DNA of 64,000 bases, from NCBI GenBank assembly GCA_021813905.1, contig JAKAJH010000009.1, forward strand, positions 7,346 through 71,345, given 5' to 3'. Both the position numbers and the translations under genes were made by a program. This DNA comes from Bacteroidota bacterium. Lineage in GTDB: Bacteria > Bacteroidota > Ignavibacteria > UBA10030. The notes beneath the pieces were generated by a model, which was not told where the DNA came from, searched no databases, and saw only the letters and a list, made by a program, of their open reading frames with translations. Shown here piece after piece: positions 37,621 to 46,076 of the stretch. The stretch's first letter is position 1. Every line of letters starts with the position of its first letter.

Positions 37621-39993
37621 GTGAGGATGATGCGGTATCTTCTTGGGTCAATTCTCGTTGTTCTGCTGACAGGTTGTAATTCCCACCAGTCTCTCCGTTC
37701 CGAGACCGATCCGGGTTCATCACCCCCCAGCCGTCCGGTGGCGGTGCATGCCGCGCATCCGGCTGATCCATCGGCGTCCGCGCCGCAGCGGTCCATTGCG
37801 GCCACGGCTGCGTCATCCGAGACCACCTTCGTGTCGATTGATACCGCGGGATTCAAACCCCGGAGCGGGCTTGTGCAGTCCGTCGCACCTTCTCCCGACG
37901 ATTCAGACTATGTTGCCGTTCGTCTTGAGGATGTCCGTCAGCACTATCTGCTGGCGTTGGCTTCGCAGGAGGCAGGCGACACCGTCTCGGCGGAGCAGGA
38001 ATTCGATGTGGCGCTGCAGGAACTCAGCGATCTCGGTGACCTCGACGGAGCGGATTCGACAAGAGATTTCCTCGAACTCAGCAAGAGTATCGTCGAGGAT
38101 TATCAACGATATATCGCGGAGATCGACAGCCTGAGTCCATATGCATCGTTGGCGGCGTTGCAGGAGAAGCTGAATCAAGCGGTGGATGAGGGGGATACGA
38201 CGGGGTTGGTTGTCCCGCACGATGTGATCACGGGAACAGGCGTGCCGCTGCCATTCAATGAATACGTGGAGCGGGCGCTCGCCTTCTTCATGGGCCGCGG
38301 TCGGCCGTTCATGGAGCGATGGCTGTATCTGTCCGGACGCTATTTTCCGATGATGAAACGCATCTTCCATGAGGAGGGCGTTCCGCCGGAGCTTGTAATC
38401 CTCTCCATGCCGGAAAGCGGCCTGCGGAACGATGCCCGCTCCTGGGCGCGTGCGGTCGGACTTTGGCAGTTTATGAAAGGAACCGGCTCCTTGTACGGAC
38501 TGCGCGTCAACTGGTGGTACGACGAACGGCGGGATTTTGAGAAAGCGACCCGCGCGGCGGCCCGGCATCTGAAGGATCTGTATCAGGAATTGGGAGACTG
38601 GAATCTGGTTCTCGGTGCGTACAATGCCGGTCCCGGTCGCATCTTCCGGGCGATCCGACGGAGCGGCTCCACGGACTTCTGGGAAATGCGGAAATACCTG
38701 CCGCGGCAGACGCGCAACTACGTGCCCCAGTTCATCGCCGTTGCCCGCATCGTGCTGAATCCGCGTGAGCATGGATTCACCGACTACGCGCTGGCCGATT
38801 CGCTGGTGTACGATGTCGTCGAGATCAACGATTGCGTCGATCTCCGGATCCTTGCCCGATGCGCCGGCACGACCGTCGACAGCCTGCAGGATCTGAATCC
38901 GGAACTTCTTCGCTGGTGCACGCCGCCGGGCGTGACAGGCTATCGCTTGCGCATTCCGCCGGGCACGCGTGACTCATTTGCTGTGCGGTACGCCCAGGTG
39001 CCCCCGCAGCAGCGCAAGGATTGGGCGATCCATGCCGTGCGTCGGGGCGAGACGCTTTCGTCGATCGCACGTCGGTATGACGTCAGTACATCCCTTCTGA
39101 TGGATCTCAATAATATCCGCAGTGCACGGCGATTGTCCATCGGTGCCACGCTGGCGATTCCTATTCCGCGGGACGCCGCTGGAAACGGCGAAAAGGTGCC
39201 ATTCGACTATTCACGCTCCGCGCGACATGTCGATTTCGGCGCGGTGCGCGCCTATGTTGCGAAGCGGGACGAACGCCGGGAGCGATCGGAGGCCTCACGG
39301 AAGGCCGCGAAGCCGCCGAAGGATAAGGAACGTCTCGTATACCACGTGAAGCGCGGTGACACGATCGGACATATTGCCGAGTGGTACGGCGTCCGCGCGA
39401 GCGACATCCGAAACTGGAATGATATCGCGTACGGGAGGTACATCTACGCCGGGCAGGCGCTGACGGTGTGGGTGGACGAATCGGTGGCGTCACGTCTTCG
39501 CGGTGTGGACAAGATGTCGTTCACGAACAAGCAGGAGCTCGGAAACAAAGAGGTGGTGGAAGCGGCCGCTCCCGGTCCGGTGAAGCACGGCAGTCGTGCG
39601 TTTTCGAACGAATGGCTCCAGCACGAAGTGAAACCGGGCGAATCGCTCGATCGGATCGCAAAGATGTATGATGTGAGCGTTGCCGATCTGAAGCGCTGGA
39701 ACAACCTCCGGAGCTCGCGGATCAACGCCGGTCAGTCGCTGGACATCTACGATACGCCGGAAGAACGGGTAAAGGTCGTTCCACAGCATTCCGGCAGATT
39801 GGGGGAGCAGCATCCGGCGCCCGTCGCAAAGCGGAGCGGGATGTTCGCGCGCACGCACAAGGTGAAACGTGGTGAAACTCTGTATGATATCGCACGTCGG
39901 TATGGCATTGAAATGAAACAGCTTAAGTCGCACAACGGATTGCGCGGCAACAAGATCGTCGTCGGACAGATCCTGCGGATCCCGACGCCGTGA
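37621..39993 (+). CDS. mltD: Membrane-bound lytic murein transglycosylase D-like lipoprotein with four LysM domains
   Basis: Lipobox LLTGC. SLT catalytic domain ([21 protein letters not shown]...AYNAGPGRI). Four LysM repeats ([64 protein letters not shown]). Confidence 0.9.
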   Translation: MRMMRYLLGSILVVLLTGCNSHQSLRSETDPGSSPPSRPVAVHAAHPADPSASAPQRSIAATAASSETTFVSIDTAGFKPRSGLVQSVAPSPDDSDYVAVRLEDVRQHYLLALASQEAGDTVSAEQEFDVALQELSDLGDLDGADSTRDFLELSKSIVEDYQRYIAEIDSLSPYASLAALQEKLNQAVDEGDTTGLVVPHDVITGTGVPLPFNEYVERALAFFMGRGRPFMERWLYLSGRYFPMMKRIFHEEGVPPELVILSMPESGLRNDARSWARAVGLWQFMKGTGSLYGLRVNWWYDERRDFEKATRAAARHLKDLYQELGDWNLVLGAYNAGPGRIFRAIRRSGSTDFWEMRKYLPRQTRNYVPQFIAVARIVLNPREHGFTDYALADSLVYDVVEINDCVDLRILARCAGTTVDSLQDLNPELLRWCTPPGVTGYRLRIPPGTRDSFAVRYAQVPPQQRKDWAIHAVRRGETLSSIARRYDVSTSLLMDLNNIRSARRLSIGATLAIPIPRDAAGNGEKVPFDYSRSARHVDFGAVRAYVAKRDERRERSEASRKAAKPPKDKERLVYHVKRGDTIGHIAEWYGVRASDIRNWNDIAYGRYIYAGQALTVWVDESVASRLRGVDKMSFTNKQELGNKEVVEAAAPGPVKHGSRAFSNEWLQHEVKPGESLDRIAKMYDVSVADLKRWNNLRSSRINAGQSLDIYDTPEERVKVVPQHSGRLGEQHPAPVAKRSGMFARTHKVKRGETLYDIARRYGIEMKQLKSHNGLRGNKIVVGQILRIPTP

Positions 39994-40113
39994 GGAGTTG
40001 ACGGGAACGGGAGCCATCCTGTCTTGCGGCGGCTTGATCGGGTGCGCGACGTTCGCGCGTTGATGGTGGGGGAGGGGGGCGAAGAAAAATCTTCGCGTTA
40101 ACAATTTGGTCAT

Positions 40114-40142
40114 TTGCATTTCTGGGTACTAGGCTCTATCTT
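40114..40142 (+). promoter_or_regulatory. Candidate sigma-70-like promoter (TTGCAT -N17- TATCTT) for the 40.2-kb secreted-protein locus
   Basis: TTGCAT at 40114-40119 and TATCTT at 40137-40142, in a locally AT-richer stretch 58 nt upstream of the ATG at 40200. Confidence 0.35.
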
Positions 40143-40199
40143 GGAATCCACGATGGCAGTTGATACAACCTCTTTCGTTCACCGAACGTACTTCGCCTG

Positions 40200-42251
40200 A
40201 TGTCTCTGAAATTCTCCCTGCCCGCGACGGCACTGTGGCTCGTCTGCACCCTTTCGGCTCAGGATGTGCCTCAACTCCCGAAGCGGTCGACTGACGACAA
40301 TACAAAATACACCACGGTCGGCAACATCTCGATCACGGTTACGAACTTTGGCGTGATCGGCAACGGATTCAAGCCGTTCCCCGGTCCACCGTCATTTCAG
40401 TACCCCCGCGGTTCCGGCATCGAACATCTGTTCGTCGGCGGTCTGTGGGTCGGCGCCTCCACACCGACCGGGATTCATGTGACCACCGGCGCGGTGGACA
40501 TTTCGTCGCTCCGGAGCGGTGTATCGGAGGGATTCGAATTTACGACGGGCGTTGATTCGCGGGTCATCGAACGCTCGTCGCTCCTCGACAACCGGTTCTA
40601 CAGTCCGTCGGCGATCAGTCACCAGGACTTTCTGGCCGACTTTACCGACACCAATACGACCAACCCGAACCAGAACAACGAACCGATTCCGAACCACGTG
40701 CCGCTCGGCATCAACGTGCACATGGAATCGTACGCGTTCAACTTCGCGTTCGCGGACAATTTTGTGATCTTCAACTATTGGATCAAGAACGTCAGCGGCG
40801 CCTCGCTCGACAGCGTGTATGTCTCACTGTGGGGCGACATCGTGGTGCGGAACACCAATATCACTCCGCCCACCGTCGGCTCGCCTTTTTACAGCCACGG
40901 GGCGCTGGGATACATCGACACGCTCAATCTCGCCTACGCATACGACTATGACGGCGACGGCGGACTGGCGGACAGTTACGGCGCGTTCAAATTCCTCGGT
41001 TCATCGCCGTACCGGAACACCACGACGTATCAGGTGTGGCAGTTCCGGAATTCGAGCGATCCGACGTATTTCTCTCCCGCGACCGATATTGACAAGTACA
41101 GCAAAATGACGAACGGGCTCCTGCCCAGTCAGGTCACTTCTATCCCGAAACCGAGCAACTTTATGACGTTGCTCTCAGTCGGCCCGTTTTCGCACATCGC
41201 GCCGGGCGATTCGGTGAACGTGGTCTTTGCGCTGATGGCGGCGAAAATGGTGAACTGGAGTGTTCCGAAGCCGGAGGGTCCCGACATCGCGAGCAACCGC
41301 ACGAATCTGAACTTAGCGTCGTCGTGGGCTCAGCGCACATATAACGGTGAAGATCGGAACGGCAACGGGGTGCAGGATTCAAATGAGGTATGGACGGACA
41401 ACGGACGTCCGAAGCGCTACTTCCTGCCGGCTCCACCGGCGGCGCCGCATGTGAAGGTCGTGCCGAATGACAAATCCGTCGAGATCTACTGGGATGATGT
41501 GTCCGAGCGATCCGTGGATCCGATCACAAACCTGAAGGATTTTGAAGGGTATCGCATCTACGGCACGAATGCCGGATTCGACCTGACGGCGTCGCAGAAT
41601 ATCCTCGCGAATCTGGTGATGTTGGGCGAATACGATCGCGCCGATGACGACATCGGATACAATACGGGCTTCGGCGGCATTCGCCTGGCACAGGCGGTGC
41701 AATTTCCGCCCGATACCACGCACTACGTGTATCGGTTCGAGGTGCCGCATGTGCTCAACGGGTGGCAGTACGGTTTTGCCGTGACCGCTTTTGACTCCGG
41801 GGATGCGAGCACGAATCTGCAAAGTCTGGAAAGCAGCAAGCTTCAAACGCTTCAACGGGTGCTTCCCGGCACGCCTCCCGCGAAGGACGCCTCGGTGCAG
41901 CCGGGCGTGTATCCGAATCCGTACTATGCGCACGCGTACTGGGATGGCGGCGTGGAGCGCCAGCGGAAGCTGTATTTCTACAACATTCCGGCGCATGCCG
42001 AGATCCGGGTGTACACGCTGGCGGGCGATCTCGTGGATGTGTTCGAGCATGACGCGGCGACGTACAATGCATCGGATATCCAGTGGTTCCAGACCTACGC
42101 CGACGGCACGCAGCAGCTGGCCGGTGGCGAGCACGCCTGGGATCTGATTACGAAGAATGATCAGGCCGTCGCGACGGGGCTGTATCTGTTTACCGTCAAG
42201 AATCTCGATACGGGCAATATGCAGCGTGGCAAGTTCCTTGTGATCAAGTAG
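40200..42251 (+). CDS. Large secreted hypothetical protein with a divergent T9SS-CTD-like C-terminal domain
   Basis: Signal peptide MSLKFSLPATALWLVCTLSAQ. No catalytic motif recognized. The last ~110 aa (GVYPNPYYAHAYWDG...KLYFYNIPAHAEIRVYTLAGDLVDVFEH...GEHAWDL...ATGLYLFTVKN...GKFLVIK) follow the spacing and consensus of T9SS sorting domains. Confidence 0.55.
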   Translation: MSLKFSLPATALWLVCTLSAQDVPQLPKRSTDDNTKYTTVGNISITVTNFGVIGNGFKPFPGPPSFQYPRGSGIEHLFVGGLWVGASTPTGIHVTTGAVDISSLRSGVSEGFEFTTGVDSRVIERSSLLDNRFYSPSAISHQDFLADFTDTNTTNPNQNNEPIPNHVPLGINVHMESYAFNFAFADNFVIFNYWIKNVSGASLDSVYVSLWGDIVVRNTNITPPTVGSPFYSHGALGYIDTLNLAYAYDYDGDGGLADSYGAFKFLGSSPYRNTTTYQVWQFRNSSDPTYFSPATDIDKYSKMTNGLLPSQVTSIPKPSNFMTLLSVGPFSHIAPGDSVNVVFALMAAKMVNWSVPKPEGPDIASNRTNLNLASSWAQRTYNGEDRNGNGVQDSNEVWTDNGRPKRYFLPAPPAAPHVKVVPNDKSVEIYWDDVSERSVDPITNLKDFEGYRIYGTNAGFDLTASQNILANLVMLGEYDRADDDIGYNTGFGGIRLAQAVQFPPDTTHYVYRFEVPHVLNGWQYGFAVTAFDSGDASTNLQSLESSKLQTLQRVLPGTPPAKDASVQPGVYPNPYYAHAYWDGGVERQRKLYFYNIPAHAEIRVYTLAGDLVDVFEHDAATYNASDIQWFQTYADGTQQLAGGEHAWDLITKNDQAVATGLYLFTVKNLDTGNMQRGKFLVIK

Positions 42252-42285
42252 TCCAACTCAACATCAACCAGAGAGGGAGAGTCCT

Positions 42286-44628
42286 ATGAAACATCGATGG
42301 CTCCAGTTTGCGGTAGCGGTTCTGGTGCTCGCGGGTCTGTCGGTGCCGGCGTCTGCGCAGACGATCGGTCACCCGGCGACGATTCCGCAGCTTCAGACTG
42401 TTCCGATGGATTCACTCTATGCCCTTGACACTCTGCAGGCGGCATCGGCAGGAAAGTACAAGGATAAGTCGCCGTACTGGAACGGCTCCGATTCGAAAGC
42501 GGACACCGTGATCGTGACCGGTGTCGTGATCGTGAAGCCGCGCATTCTGACGTATACGCTGGCGCGCTACAACATCTTCATCCAGGACACGACGACCGGT
42601 CAGCTGTGGGCAGGTCTGAACGTCCTGACGAATGACACATCGACGACCGCCCAGGGTACCGGCATCACGGCGCTCGATAGCGGCATGGTTGTCCGGCTGA
42701 CGGGTCGCGTTACGGAATACGGCAGCCAGAACAACAGCTTGACCGAAATGTTCATGTACAACGTCGGCTTCTTCGAGTCCGTGGTGACGGCGGAAATCCT
42801 GAGCGTCGGCGGCAACCGTCCGAACCCGGTCCCGGTGACGGTGGATAGTTTCGCGGTCGGTACCAAGCCGATGCCGTCGCGCGGAGAGAAGTACGAAGGG
42901 ATGTATGTGACGATTCCGAATGTCACGGTCATCTCCGTCGATGTTTCTTCCGGTCGGTTCACCTTTGCGGACTCGGCGGGAAACCAGATGACGATGTATG
43001 ACGGTTCGGGTTGGTACACATATCGCGGACACAAGATCACCGGTTCGAAGTACTCGGCGCCTCCCGTCGGCACGAAGCTGAAGTACATCCGTGGCGTCGT
43101 CATCGTGCAGACGAAGAGCAACACCTGCGGCGACTATGAAGTCATGCCGTTGTATCCGGGACCGCGTGAGCTTGGAAAAGCGACCTCCTATCCGGGTGAT
43201 GTCGTGATCGATAAGTTTGCCCCGTCGATCACCACGATCCGCCGCAATCCGACACCGCCGAAGTCCACGGACAACGTGATCGTCACGTTCCAGGCGAAGG
43301 ACCTGAACACGAACGGGAATGTGGACAGTGCCTTTGTCGCGGTGCAAAAAGGCCTGAGCGGCGCATGGGTGAAGACGAAGGTGGCGACTCCGTCCTTTGT
43401 TGGCGCGGACACGCTGTACTCCTTCACGGTGGGAACGACACCGGCGGACAGCATCGTCAGTTACTACGTCGAGGCATACTCGGGCGGCATCTACGGCGCA
43501 TCACCGGACCCGGCCATTCCGTACTACTACGTGGTCCGGGATAACGGATACTCCATCTACGACGTGCAATACACGCCGTACAGTAACGGTCTCCCTGGCA
43601 TGCAGTACGACACGCTGACGGTGAAGGGCGTGGTCGTGGCGGATACGTCGGACATCAAAGAGATCCCGAAAAGCGGTGCGCAGGCAAATCGGCCGTCGCT
43701 CTGGATTGCATCCGCTCCTGGAAAGTGGAACGGAGTCTGCGTCTGGGGCGCCAGCGCTTCGGTAGGCGTCGATACGCTGCAGAAGGGCGACAGTGTCTCC
43801 GTGCGCGGTGTCGTGTATGACTACAACTCGCGAACGGTGCTGAAGGTCGTCTCCTGCACGCTGATCCAGCGCGGCGTGCCGGTCCCCGGTCCTGCGACGA
43901 TGAGCATCTCCGGAAAGGGATCGGTGAGCTATCAGATCAGCAATCCTCCGGTGAACGGCGATCCGATCTTCGAGGCCTGGGAAGGCGTGCTCGTTCGCAT
44001 CAACAATCCGTATCTCGTGGTTCGCAATGCGGATGACCTTACGAACGGCAGCAGCTCCTGCTTCGGCGAGTTCCTGATCAGCTCGAGTTCGTATCTCAGC
44101 AATCCGTACGGACTGCGCGTGGATGATAACGGCATCAACAACTTCTACGCGGACACGAATTCGTACTACGCAACAACGAAGTACAACTCGGATCATCCGC
44201 TCACGCCCGGTCTGAAGACCACGCTGATCCCGATCGGGTCAAAGCTGACGTTCCTCCAGGGTATTCTGGATTACTCATACAGCAACTACAAGCTCGAGCC
44301 GCGGACGAATGCGGACTTCGGCACGATCACCAGCGTGGTCCTGCAGGATCCCATGGCGATCGCCCGGACGTTCGAGCTCAGCCAGAACTACCCGAATCCC
44401 TTCAACCCCTCGACGGAGATCCGCTACAGCGTTCCGATGTCCGGCCGGGTATCGCTGAAGGTGTTCAACCTGCTCGGCCAGGTGGTCGAGACGCTTCTCG
44501 ATCGTGACATGGTGGCCGGTTCATACGTCGTGCGGTTCGACGCGTCCCGACTTGCCACCGGCGTGTATTTCTATCAGCTCCGCGCCGGCGATGTGGTCAT
44601 GACGAAGAAGATGGTTCTGATGAAGTAA
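42286..44628 (+). CDS. Large secreted multi-module protein with canonical T9SS type A C-terminal sorting domain
   Basis: Signal peptide MKHRWLQFAVAVLVLAGLSVPASAQ. The body has repeated beta-rich modules (VTGVVIVKP..., VKGVVVADTSD..., VRGVVYDYNSRTVLKV...). The C-terminus NYPNPFNPSTEIRYSVPMSGRVSLKVFNLLGQVVETLLDRDMVAGSYVVRFDASRLATGVYFYQLRAGDVVMTKKMVLMK matches the Por/T9SS sorting domain consensus. Confidence 0.8.
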   Translation: MKHRWLQFAVAVLVLAGLSVPASAQTIGHPATIPQLQTVPMDSLYALDTLQAASAGKYKDKSPYWNGSDSKADTVIVTGVVIVKPRILTYTLARYNIFIQDTTTGQLWAGLNVLTNDTSTTAQGTGITALDSGMVVRLTGRVTEYGSQNNSLTEMFMYNVGFFESVVTAEILSVGGNRPNPVPVTVDSFAVGTKPMPSRGEKYEGMYVTIPNVTVISVDVSSGRFTFADSAGNQMTMYDGSGWYTYRGHKITGSKYSAPPVGTKLKYIRGVVIVQTKSNTCGDYEVMPLYPGPRELGKATSYPGDVVIDKFAPSITTIRRNPTPPKSTDNVIVTFQAKDLNTNGNVDSAFVAVQKGLSGAWVKTKVATPSFVGADTLYSFTVGTTPADSIVSYYVEAYSGGIYGASPDPAIPYYYVVRDNGYSIYDVQYTPYSNGLPGMQYDTLTVKGVVVADTSDIKEIPKSGAQANRPSLWIASAPGKWNGVCVWGASASVGVDTLQKGDSVSVRGVVYDYNSRTVLKVVSCTLIQRGVPVPGPATMSISGKGSVSYQISNPPVNGDPIFEAWEGVLVRINNPYLVVRNADDLTNGSSSCFGEFLISSSSYLSNPYGLRVDDNGINNFYADTNSYYATTKYNSDHPLTPGLKTTLIPIGSKLTFLQGILDYSYSNYKLEPRTNADFGTITSVVLQDPMAIARTFELSQNYPNPFNPSTEIRYSVPMSGRVSLKVFNLLGQVVETLLDRDMVAGSYVVRFDASRLATGVYFYQLRAGDVVMTKKMVLMK

Positions 44629-44641
44629 TTGTTCACCCCGA

Positions 44642-44672
44642 GGGAGGAGAAGGGCCTGTCCCTTCTCCTCCC
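44642..44672 (+). terminator. Perfect 13-bp GC-rich hairpin immediately after the T9SS-cargo gene (terminator/attenuator or RNA-processing stem)
   Basis: GGGAGGAGAAGGG (44642-44654), loop CCTGT, then CCCTTCTCCTCCC (44660-44672). Followed by CGGATATTTCAGG, which is only a weak U-tract. Confidence 0.45.
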
Positions 44673-44693
44673 CGGATATTTCAGGATACTCTC

Positions 44694-46076
44694 GTGCGGT
44701 TCCTCTCGTCACTCGCGATCCTCATCGTCCTTCTTGTCAGCGGATGCTCGGAGCATTTCCCGAATCAGCCGCTCGGCAACCTTCCGCCGGAGACATTCCT
44801 GGCGCTGCGTCCCGACAGCACGCTGCGCCGGACGGCCAGCCAGCAGGATATTCACTGGTGGGGCGAGGATCCGGACGGATTCGTTGCCGGCTATTACTTT
44901 TCATTCGACAGCACGCACTGGACGTTCACGACGGCGAATGACAGCCTCTTCGGTCTCAAGCTGAATACGACCGATACCACATACTCGTTCTTTGTCAAGG
45001 CGGTGGACAACGAAGGAGCCGAGGATCCGACTCCCGCGTCGCTCCGGTACCCGATCATGAATACACCGCCGACGGTCAGCTTCGTCCTGAAATCCGATGT
45101 GCCCGACACGACGTATCCGGTTGCCAGCTTCCAGTGGGTGGGACTTGATATCGACGGGGATGAGACCATCACGAGCTTCTGGTACGCCCTCGACGATACC
45201 TCCAATCCGAACAACTGGAAGAGCGTTCCGGGATACGCGCGCAGCGTGACGTTGTACAAAGCCGACGGTCTGGTGGAAGGCGATCACACCTTCTATCTCC
45301 GCGCGCGCGATGTGGCCGGTGCCTGGAGCAAGACAATCCAGATGCCCGATACGGTGAAGCGGACGTGGCATGTGCGCGAGCCGAAGGGCGCCTTCCTGAT
45401 CATCGACGATTACCAGCCGGCCGATGCCGCCGCCGGATACTACGCGACGATGTTCGACACGCTGACGGTCAACGGACGGCATCTTGGCAGTCAGGATGTG
45501 TGGGATATCAAAAAGGGTGCGTCCCCGACGAAGCGCGGTGATCTTGTCCCGGCGCTTATCAATCCGACGTTCATCGAAACCCTGAAACTGTTCAAGTATG
45601 TGTTCTGGTATGCGGATAACAACCCGAGCCTCGAAATCGCGCAGGCGTCTCTGGGCGCGTTTACACGCGCCGGCGGGAAGGTTCTGTTCTCCAGCTCGTT
45701 CCCGGAGCTGAGCAGCGGACAGGGCGGCGTCGGCGATTTCGCACCGATCGATAATACCGAGCCGTCGTATTTTACCACGATCCTGATGTCGGGGGACACG
45801 CTCCAGGCGGTGGATCCGATCTATCCCACGCTGGTACGGGACGCCAATCCCACGATCTATCTCTTTCCACGCGGACTTCTGCCGAAGGTCAATGCACGCG
45901 TGATCTATCAGATGCAGTCCTCATCCCGATGGAGCGGGCAGCCCGTGATGGGCGTGCAGGACGGTGATTCTCCGAGCTTTGTACTGATGGCAGTGCTGCT
46001 CCACCGGTTCGGTCCTCCGGCGAGCGCGGCGGAGTTCTTCCGCACGGTATTCGGGAAGGAGTTTGGCGCGCAATGA
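44694..46076 (+). CDS. Hypothetical lipoprotein (460 aa)
   Basis: Lipobox LLVSGC. No recognizable catalytic motif. ATGA overlap with the downstream TonB-dependent-receptor-like gene. Confidence 0.6.
   Translation: MRFLSSLAILIVLLVSGCSEHFPNQPLGNLPPETFLALRPDSTLRRTASQQDIHWWGEDPDGFVAGYYFSFDSTHWTFTTANDSLFGLKLNTTDTTYSFFVKAVDNEGAEDPTPASLRYPIMNTPPTVSFVLKSDVPDTTYPVASFQWVGLDIDGDETITSFWYALDDTSNPNNWKSVPGYARSVTLYKADGLVEGDHTFYLRARDVAGAWSKTIQMPDTVKRTWHVREPKGAFLIIDDYQPADAAAGYYATMFDTLTVNGRHLGSQDVWDIKKGASPTKRGDLVPALINPTFIETLKLFKYVFWYADNNPSLEIAQASLGAFTRAGGKVLFSSSFPELSSGQGGVGDFAPIDNTEPSYFTTILMSGDTLQAVDPIYPTLVRDANPTIYLFPRGLLPKVNARVIYQMQSSSRWSGQPVMGVQDGDSPSFVLMAVLLHRFGPPASAAEFFRTVFGKEFGAQ

Noticed and set aside
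40079-40096. Short hairpin GCGAAG-AAAAAT-CTTCGC downstream of mltD as a terminator.
   Set aside because: It has only a 6-bp stem and an A-rich loop, and no U-tract follows. It may be a weak terminator or an operator, but the evidence is insufficient to call it.
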